The notes under the pieces were generated by a model that was not told the origin of the DNA, searched no databases, and worked only from the letters and a program-made list of their open reading frames with translations. Positions 57,242 through 64,000 of a stretch of 64,000 bases of DNA are shown one piece after another. A program made the translations under genes and the position numbers. Each line of letters starts with the position of its first letter. The stretch's first letter is position 1. The DNA lies in the NCBI GenBank assembly GCA_965202625.1, contig CBDBBI010000010.1:1088001-1152000 (forward strand), given 5' to 3'. This stretch comes from a bacterium (GTDB taxonomy: Bacteria > UBA8248).

Positions 57242-58531
57242 ATGCCCGGGAAAAACTCGAGACGCGACTTTTTGAAACTGGCGGCGGCTGGCGCAGCGAC
57301 CGTCGGTACGGGACCGTTCTTCCTGCGCAAGGCATGGGGCGCAGCCCCCATCAAGATAGGGCACGTCAACACGTTCAGCGGCCCGCTCGCCGCGCTCGGA
57401 GAGCAAGGGCGCTGGGGATTGACGGTTGCGGTCAACCGGATCAACAAAGCCGGCGGAATCAACGGCCGGAATATCCAGATCATTGAACGAGACGACGCCT
57501 TCAAGCCTGCCCAGGCCGTACGCGAGGCGGAGAAGCTGATCCTCAAAGAAAGAATCGATGCTCTCACAGGCACTTCCAGCAGCGGCATCTGCGTTCAACT
57601 GGCGCCGCTGACGAAACGTTACAAGACTCTCTACGTTCTGGGGACGGGTTGCGAGACGACCAACCTGACCGGCGGCAAAGTGGCCGCCTGCCCGCAATAC
57701 GTGTTTCGGCCTTACAACACGACGAAAAGCCAGGCGATCGCCATGGCGCCCTGGGCGATCAAAAACGGGATCAAGATCGCGACCGCCTTGTATATGGACT
57801 TCGCCTGGGGCCAGTCCGTCGCGTTCGATTTCCGCGATGAATTCAAGCGGCTGGGCGGCGAATGGATCGATCCTGTGCCTGTTCCCCTGAAAACGGCGGA
57901 TTACATTTCTTACGTGAACCGGCTTTCGCGCGATGCGGACGCGATCGTGATGGGGATGTCAGGCGGGGCGGCGATTAAATCAATGCTCGCCCTGGGCGAT
58001 ACGGGCATGACCAAAAAGTCCAAAATCCTTGGACCAGCGTCCGTGTGTGACGTGAATACGATCACCCAGCAGGGCAAGAGCGCCGTTGGCGGCTTCTACC
58101 TGCATCGCTATTCGCCCGTGAACGCCCTAGAGGGCTCTCCGTTCGACAACGCGCCGAACCACGCATTTCGCAGTGAATTCATGAAATTGAGCAAGGGCGT
58201 ATTGCCAAGCGGATTCGCCCAGGCGCAGTTCACGGGTATGAACGTCATCAAGTCGGCGATGCAGGCCGTCACATACCAAAACAAGAGGGAAGACACATCC
58301 AGAATGGTGAAATGGCTTGAAGGCGGCAGCACGCCGATGGGGCCGGGACGATTGTTCTCCCAGGGCGGAGACTTCCCGCAGGGCGATATCTACCTGCGCA
58401 GCACCGATCACCAAGGCTTCGTCGATTTTTATATGACGACCGTGGATGAGAATCTTCATTTCAAGATCATCGGCGATAAGGTGCCGATGAAAACGACGCT
58501 TTACGATTCCAAATTCAGCAGTTGCGCCTGA
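57242..58531 (+). CDS. Liv-type ABC substrate-binding protein with Tat signal
   Basis: SRRDFLK twin-arginine leader; IKIG, INKAGGINGR, DDAFKP, YVFRP. Confidence 0.9.
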   Translation: MPGKNSRRDFLKLAAAGAATVGTGPFFLRKAWGAAPIKIGHVNTFSGPLAALGEQGRWGLTVAVNRINKAGGINGRNIQIIERDDAFKPAQAVREAEKLILKERIDALTGTSSSGICVQLAPLTKRYKTLYVLGTGCETTNLTGGKVAACPQYVFRPYNTTKSQAIAMAPWAIKNGIKIATALYMDFAWGQSVAFDFRDEFKRLGGEWIDPVPVPLKTADYISYVNRLSRDADAIVMGMSGGAAIKSMLALGDTGMTKKSKILGPASVCDVNTITQQGKSAVGGFYLHRYSPVNALEGSPFDNAPNHAFRSEFMKLSKGVLPSGFAQAQFTGMNVIKSAMQAVTYQNKREDTSRMVKWLEGGSTPMGPGRLFSQGGDFPQGDIYLRSTDHQGFVDFYMTTVDENLHFKIIGDKVPMKTTLYDSKFSSCA

Positions 58532-58616
58532 TCTGGGAGCCTGAAGAAAGCCGCCTGCCTTTCACGCGGGGCGGGAGGGGGCGGCGGCTTTCACATGGGC
58601 GCTTGGAAGGTTTCGA

Positions 58617-59372
58617 GTGGCTGATTCCATTCTTGAAACAAAGGCTCTGACCAAAGAGTTCGACGGGTTGGTTGCCGTGGACCACGTTGACTTTCAACTC
58701 CCCAAAGGCCAGTTGCGGGCCATCATTGGTCCGAACGGCGCCGGCAAAAGCACATTTTTCAGCATGTTGATGGGCGTGCAGCCACCATCGAACGGCGAGA
58801 TCCGGATCAAGGGGACCGAGACGTCCCGTATGCCCCCCCATAAGATCAGCCGACTCGGAGTCAGTCTCGCGTTTCAGGTCACCAACATATTTCCCAACCT
58901 TTCGGTAGAAGACAATTTGCGCCTCGCCGCCCAGAATCGCGCCATGCGCTTTAATCCGTTTCGCAACGCCGCCAATCATGAAAAGGTAGAGCGCAAGGTG
59001 GAAGAAACGCTCGAGGAAATCGGACTGGCCGCAAAAAGAGGAGAGCTGGCGTCCAACTTGGCTCATGGAGAGCAGAAATATCTGGAAATCGGTCTTGCTT
59101 TGGCCCTTTCGCCTGAATTATTGCTTCTTGATGAGCCGACCGCTGGAATGAGCGCGGTCGAAACCAAGCAAACGGCCGATCTGATTAAACGGTTATCCGA
59201 GAACCTGAGCGTCGTTCTCGTGGAGCATGACATGGAAGTCGTGATGTCCATTGCCGAGAAGATCAGCGTGTTTCACCAAGGACGAATCATAGCGGAGGGG
59301 TCTCCCTCTGAGATAAGAAATGACGACGATGTGCAGCGCGTATATTTGAAAAGTTCCCATGCTGCGGCTTGA
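58617..59372 (+). CDS. Liv-type ABC ATP-binding protein (LivG-like)
   Basis: GPNGAGKST, LAHGEQK, LLDEPTAGM, VEHDM. Confidence 0.92.
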   Translation: MADSILETKALTKEFDGLVAVDHVDFQLPKGQLRAIIGPNGAGKSTFFSMLMGVQPPSNGEIRIKGTETSRMPPHKISRLGVSLAFQVTNIFPNLSVEDNLRLAAQNRAMRFNPFRNAANHEKVERKVEETLEEIGLAAKRGELASNLAHGEQKYLEIGLALALSPELLLLDEPTAGMSAVETKQTADLIKRLSENLSVVLVEHDMEVVMSIAEKISVFHQGRIIAEGSPSEIRNDDDVQRVYLKSSHAAA

Positions 59373-60072
59373 AGCTGTCCACTCCTATTATGCCAAGAGC
59401 CATATTCTGCAAGGAGTCAGTCTCGAAGTGGGCAAGGGCGAGACCGTCTCGCTGCTGGGGCGCAACGGAGTGGGTAAATCGACCACCATGCGGACCATTA
59501 TGGGACTGAATCCGCCGCGCCACGGCAATATATTCTTTGAAGAGCGAGACGTCACCGGCATTCCACCCTACAAAATAGCGGCGCTTGGCATCGGCTACGT
59601 TCCGGAGAATCGTCAGGTGTTCCCCAGACTATCGGTCATGCAAAACTTGCGCATCGGTCTAGACTTGCTTCCATTGAGCGAAGGGGAGAAACAAAAAAAT
59701 CTGGACTCCGTCTATGAGTCGTTTCCTCGCCTGAAGGAGCGGCCCGATCAAGTTGGCTCCACTCTTTCTGGCGGAGAGCAGCAAATGCTCTCCTTGGCGC
59801 GGGCGATCGTCATCAAACCAAAACTTATATTGCTCGATGAACCAACCGAGGGACTGATGCCCGCCATGGTCGGCGAGATCGAACAGATAATCCGGTGGAT
59901 GAGTGAGGAATTCGGAATCGCCACCCTCCTCGTAGAACAGGATTATCGATTGGCTCTGCGAGCGAGCACCCGGTGCTATATCATGGCCAAGGGCCAGATC
60001 GTCCATAGCGGCGCGTCGGAGGACATTCTGGCTGACGCAAAGGTTCTCAACGAACACCTGGGCATCTCTTGA
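59359..60072 (+). CDS. Liv-type ABC ATP-binding protein (LivF-like)
   Basis: GRNGVGKST, LSGGEQQML, LDEPTEGL, VEQD. Confidence 0.92.
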   Translation: MLRLEAVHSYYAKSHILQGVSLEVGKGETVSLLGRNGVGKSTTMRTIMGLNPPRHGNIFFEERDVTGIPPYKIAALGIGYVPENRQVFPRLSVMQNLRIGLDLLPLSEGEKQKNLDSVYESFPRLKERPDQVGSTLSGGEQQMLSLARAIVIKPKLILLDEPTEGLMPAMVGEIEQIIRWMSEEFGIATLLVEQDYRLALRASTRCYIMAKGQIVHSGASEDILADAKVLNEHLGIS

Positions 60073-60956
60073 TGGAGCATTTTCTCGAACGCCTGGTCAT
60101 CGAATCCGTCATGGGGCTCCAGAATGGCCTCATGCTCGCCCTCGTCGCCGCGGGTTTCACCCTCATCCTCGGCGTTATGAATATCGTCAACTTTGCCCAT
60201 GGGGAGTTCTATATGGCCGGCGCGTTCGCCGGCTGGCTCGTGCTGAAACTAAGCTCCGGCATCGTCGGGTTTTGGGGCGCGGTAGTAATCGCCGGAGTTC
60301 TCGTCGCCGCCCTCAGCTTTGCCATAGAACGAAGTTTGTTCAGGACGACTCATGGAGGAAATCCGTTTATTCCTTTGTTGGTGTCGTTCGGACTGGCACT
60401 GGTGCTTCAGCAGGCGGCTTTGACGATTTTCGGCACCATTGGCAAGTTTATGCCTGCGCCGATCAAGTCTTCCATTCCTTTTTTTGACCTGGAATTCCCC
60501 CTCTACAGGATTGTCATCATGGGGGTGGCCACGTTCATTATGTTCCTGCTTTGGCTGTTCATTACACGATCGAAGTGGGGAGTATGGATACAGGCGACCA
60601 TCCAAAACCGGGAGATGGCCGCTTGCGTGGGCGTGCCGGTGCCCCGGGTGTATCAGTTGGTCTTCTCCGTTGGATGCGGGCTTGCCGCGATGAGCGGCGT
60701 TCTAGTCGCTCCGATATTTAGCGTCTCCTATTCCATGGGGGCGGATATCATCGTTGCCGCTTTCATCGTCGTCGTCGTGGGCGGTCTCGGCAGTTTACCG
60801 GGAACGATGCTCGCCGCGCTGTTAATTGGCGAACTGGAGGCCATAGGCGCGATCTTTCTGACAGGTTCCCAACCACAGATTCTCAGCCTCGCCGTACTCA
60901 TGGTCTTCCTCGTTTTCCGACCTAACGGCTTGATGGGGGAGAGAGGTCTCGAATGA
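60072..60956 (+). CDS. Liv-type ABC permease (LivH-like)
   Basis: GFTLILGVMNIVNFAHGE, VVVGGLGS, RPNGLMG. Confidence 0.92.
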   Translation: MEHFLERLVIESVMGLQNGLMLALVAAGFTLILGVMNIVNFAHGEFYMAGAFAGWLVLKLSSGIVGFWGAVVIAGVLVAALSFAIERSLFRTTHGGNPFIPLLVSFGLALVLQQAALTIFGTIGKFMPAPIKSSIPFFDLEFPLYRIVIMGVATFIMFLLWLFITRSKWGVWIQATIQNREMAACVGVPVPRVYQLVFSVGCGLAAMSGVLVAPIFSVSYSMGADIIVAAFIVVVVGGLGSLPGTMLAALLIGELEAIGAIFLTGSQPQILSLAVLMVFLVFRPNGLMGERGLE

Positions 60957-62089
60957 TCGCTCTCGCGCTTCGAATTGGGGCGCCGGTTATCACCTTGGCA
61001 GGAGTAGTCTTCTGGCTTTTACCAATATGGGCGGCAGCGAAACTGCTTGTCACGCTCGCTTTGTTGCCGATTATCGTATGGCTTCTATCCAGAATGCCCG
61101 ACAGAATGAAAGCTGTCGTCCAACCGTTGATTCGCGTCAGGTATGCTGGTCCCGTAATTTTTGCGATGGGACTAAGCCTACCGATTTGGGTCGGTGATTT
61201 TGAGCAGCGATTTTTCAGCGAGATGCTTATCCTGGGTTTGCTGGCCATGAGTCTCGACGTCATGATGGGCTTCGTCGGACTCGTCAGTTTCGCACATGCC
61301 GCACTGGCGGGAGTCGCAGCCTACACCGCCGCGATCATGCTGACCAGATTCGAATGGAGTCCCTGGGCGGCGATCGCGCTCGCCGTTGCGACGGGGACTA
61401 CGCTCACGACCTGTATGGGTGCGTTCTCCGTGCGCGTGCGCGACATATATTTTGGCATTATCACGCTTGTTTTTGGCAGCGTCGCATTCATCATGGCAAA
61501 CTCATGGGTCTCCATGACCAACGGTGAGGACGGCATGACCATTGATCTGGCCGTACTCGATTTCTTCGGTATGTTCACAGTCGACACGGGAGTGTTGAGT
61601 CACTTTTGGTACCTGACGTTCGGAGTCGTGTTTTTGTCCTATCTGTATCTGAGAGCGTTCCTCCGCTCTCCCGTTGGGCTGGTATTTCAAGGTATTCGTG
61701 AAAACGAGCGGCGGACCGCTTACCTTGGCTACAACGTCAACGCCTACAAAGTCCTCAACACGGCCGTCTCCGGATTTTTCACCTCAGTGGCGGGGGTGTT
61801 GCTGTTGCTGAAAAACGGCATTATCGGTACCGAACAGATGGATGTCATTCACTCCGGCGAGATCGTCATCTGGTCGGTCGTCGGCGGAATCGGAACTCTC
61901 GTCGGACCTTTCGTCGGCGCAAGTTTCGTCCATATCCTCAACGATTTCCTCGGTGAATATACCGAACGCGCAATCCTGATTATCGGTTTATTTTTCATCA
62001 TCACGATATTATTGGCTCCAAAGGGCATCGTCGGGTCGATAGCGGGAGTGTGGCGAGAGCGGCAAACATCCGCCGAGAAGGAAGGGTAA
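60953..62089 (+). CDS. Liv-type ABC permease (LivM-like)
   Basis: GLVSFAHA, IYFGIITL, TNGEDG, GIRENERR, GGIGTLVGP, PKGIVG. Confidence 0.92.
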   Translation: MIALALRIGAPVITLAGVVFWLLPIWAAAKLLVTLALLPIIVWLLSRMPDRMKAVVQPLIRVRYAGPVIFAMGLSLPIWVGDFEQRFFSEMLILGLLAMSLDVMMGFVGLVSFAHAALAGVAAYTAAIMLTRFEWSPWAAIALAVATGTTLTTCMGAFSVRVRDIYFGIITLVFGSVAFIMANSWVSMTNGEDGMTIDLAVLDFFGMFTVDTGVLSHFWYLTFGVVFLSYLYLRAFLRSPVGLVFQGIRENERRTAYLGYNVNAYKVLNTAVSGFFTSVAGVLLLLKNGIIGTEQMDVIHSGEIVIWSVVGGIGTLVGPFVGASFVHILNDFLGEYTERAILIIGLFFIITILLAPKGIVGSIAGVWRERQTSAEKEG

Positions 62090-62286
62090 GGGCGCGGGTT
62101 GCCAACGACTTGCACAGTGCTCCTTCCGGCAAAAGCGAGCGCGCGGCCCCGTTCAAGTACTCGCTTTTGTTTCTTTCCGTAACGAAATAGTCCACTTCAT
62201 TTTACGAGCGGCGCAACACCCAAAAAACTCACGAAAGCGCAAGCGATGCGTTCTGATCGCCGGGCGAGAGGAGGGCTTTTGACGCT

Positions 62287-62952
62287 CTACGCCATGTCCT
62301 TCTCTTGAAACGCAATGCGTCTTCCCGGCGGTTCCACCACCAGGTGGAGCGCTTCAGCCAGCCTTCCCGAAAGATGCCACATGCCGCAAATAAAGGTGAG
62401 CTCCACTATCTGGCGATTGGAAAAGTATTTTTTCATCTCACCGAATGCAAAGTCGTTGTTTTTCGCCGTGAATTTCGACACTTCGTCCGCCCATCGGATA
62501 ACGGCCTTCTCCTTGTCATCGAACAAATCGCTGTCTTTCCAATCATCGCCCTCCAGAAGGTCCATCTGCCGCTGGCTCACGCCCAGAGCCCGACCGAGCT
62601 CCACGTTGTGCCCAATTCAGTTGTTGCACTCCGTCAGTACGGCTGTTTTGACGATGACCAGCTCCATGAGCCGAATATAATCGGATTCCGTCTTCAATCG
62701 GTTCGTGCGGAGTTTTTGGTCGAGCAGCATCCATCCTTCCACGGTCGGGGGCGAATTCCCCAACAACTGTAAAAAACGCGGAACGGCACCCCACATCTGC
62801 ATCGACCACTCATAGAGTGGAACGAGCTCATCCTTGAGTTCAGCAGGAATAGCGTCAGGAACGACAAAGGGCAGCCTTGGCAACGGACACGCCATCATCT
62901 CATCGGTCACGCCCAGACTATCTGGCAAACTTGTCGCCTCGTCCATAGACAT
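62287..62952 (-). CDS. AhpD/carboxymuconolactone-decarboxylase-like selenoprotein, CxxU motif, in-frame UGA at 62617-62619
   Basis: ORFs 62617..62952 and 62287..62604 share one frame and join as ELVIVKTAVLTECNN-U-IGHNVELGRALGV...FDDKEKAVIRWADEV...FSNRQIVEL. Confidence 0.9.
62586..62601 (-). promoter_or_regulatory. Putative SECIS hairpin of the AhpD-like gene
   Basis: GAGCUC-GGUC-GGGCUC; GGUC loop begins 21 nt after the UGA. Confidence 0.65.
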
Positions 62953-62964
62953 TGGATTCTCCTT

Positions 62965-64000
62965 TTAGGGGCTGCTCGTCGCCAGTGCCTCACGAATGTG
63001 ATGCGGACCAACGGGCAATGAGAACACGGGCGTTCCCACAGCGTCTTGAATCGCATTCACTATTGCCGCGGCGGTCGCCACGATGGGAGGTTCACCCACG
63101 CCCCGCATCCCGTAAGGCGTGCCCTCGGCTGGATTATCGAACAAGACGGCACGCAGCTCCGGCATGTCCATGCTGGTGGGAATGAGGTATTCATGGAAAG
63201 TATCGCCATGCAAATTCCCATCCGGGCGCCTGGGCTGCTCTTCCATCAGAGCCAAACCGAGTCCCTGTATCATCGCGCCTTCAATCTGTCCCACCACAGA
63301 CAACGGATTGATGGCGAATCCCACGTCCTGCACGCATACAAGGCGCAAAACCCTGATCTCGCCAAGTTCAGGGTTGACCGCCACGTCCGCTATCTGTCCA
63401 GTATGTATCGGGCACGGAGGCGGCTTCGCGCTCTCGCCTTGTCCAATCAAAAATCCCTGAATTTCCGGCGCCGCCATGGCCACCTGCGCAAGCGTCAGGG
63501 AGCGATCAGGGGACGAGCCCACCTTGACTCGTCCATCTTCTAAAACCAGATCGTCCTCCGCAGCTTCGAGTTTGACGCTCGCCACGCCCAATATCTTGTT
63601 TCGCAAATCGCGCGCCGCGCTCAACGTGGCCATTCCTACCGCGCGCGTCGCCTTGCTCCCCGACGCTGCGGATGATTCAGGCGCCGAATCCGTATCGCCG
63701 TTTGTGTAGCGCACCTCATCCAGACCGACGCCCAATTCCTCCGCGGCGAGTTGGCATACCGAAGTGCTCATGCCCGTGAGGTTGACCGTCCCCGCTACCA
63801 CCTGCACCGTGCCGTCCCGATTCAGGCGAACCGCACAGCTGGACGCCTCTCCCGGCCCCGGCCAGTATCCACAAGCAATGCCGCGTCCGAGTTTCCAGCC
63901 CTCCCCCTCAAGCGCGCCGTTGGCCTCGATCGGTCGCCCCCATTCGCCCTCCATCGCCGCCGCGTCGAGGACGCCGCGCATGGATGGGTTCCGCTCTTTG
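62965..64000 (-). CDS. Xanthine dehydrogenase/CoxL family molybdopterin-binding subunit (C-terminal part; starts outside window)
   Basis: GRGIACG, GDTD..P, DVGFAINP..VVGQIEG, EYLIPT, GMRGVGEPP (catalytic Glu), NAIQDA. Confidence 0.92.
   Translation of the reverse strand, partial: KERNPSMRGVLDAAAMEGEWGRPIEANGALEGEGWKLGRGIACGYWPGPGEASSCAVRLNRDGTVQVVAGTVNLTGMSTSVCQLAAEELGVGLDEVRYTNGDTDSAPESSAASGSKATRAVGMATLSAARDLRNKILGVASVKLEAAEDDLVLEDGRVKVGSSPDRSLTLAQVAMAAPEIQGFLIGQGESAKPPPCPIHTGQIADVAVNPELGEIRVLRLVCVQDVGFAINPLSVVGQIEGAMIQGLGLALMEEQPRRPDGNLHGDTFHEYLIPTSMDMPELRAVLFDNPAEGTPYGMRGVGEPPIVATAAAIVNAIQDAVGTPVFSLPVGPHHIREALATSSP

Overview
A GC-rich bacterial chromosomal window with no rRNA, CRISPR array, transposase or integrase visible. 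The left arm (1-12.9 kb) is metabolic and accessory. It holds a partial amidase with a small partner ORF, YaiI, AcuI, CinA/PncC, a cytoplasmic BisC/DMSOR-type molybdoenzyme coupled to a triple-Rid-domain protein, three decaying pseudogenes (garR-like, allophanate hydrolase, class-III aminotransferase), trmL and two Gfo/Idh/MocA oxidoreductases. Next come tRNA-fMet and a long minus-strand housekeeping run (trpF-trpB-trpA-leuC-leuD-leuB-asd-mtnP-hemL-ftsB). These are followed by a Liv-type ABC transporter with duplicated binding proteins, moaD/moaE, a MidA-type methyltransferase, recJ, dacB and a Dpp-type ABC transporter. Further right are a di-heme lipoprotein, a B12-binding mutase subunit, a FadF-like Fe-S oxidoreductase, a Fic protein, an acyl-CoA dehydrogenase, a class-IV aminotransferase, two secreted ankyrin-repeat genes, lpdA, class II RNR (nrdJ, with NrdR and DnaA boxes), tRNA-Ala(CGC), a second Liv-type ABC transporter and a partial xanthine-dehydrogenase-family Mo subunit. 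Highlights: (i) two genes split in the ORF track by in-frame UGA codons look like selenoproteins (exported Prx-like UxxC and AhpD-like CxxU), each with a SECIS-like hairpin at the same distance from the UGA; (ii) a secreted, DARPin-like, modular and apparently recombining ankyrin locus; (iii) an Arg-less single-chain triple-Rid protein coupled to a Mo enzyme; (iv) a MoaD with a capped C-terminus (GG-VA). All calls come from reading the sequence and recognising motifs. No database search was run. A host-associated lifestyle (e.g. sponge symbiont) is only an inference from the ankyrin genes.
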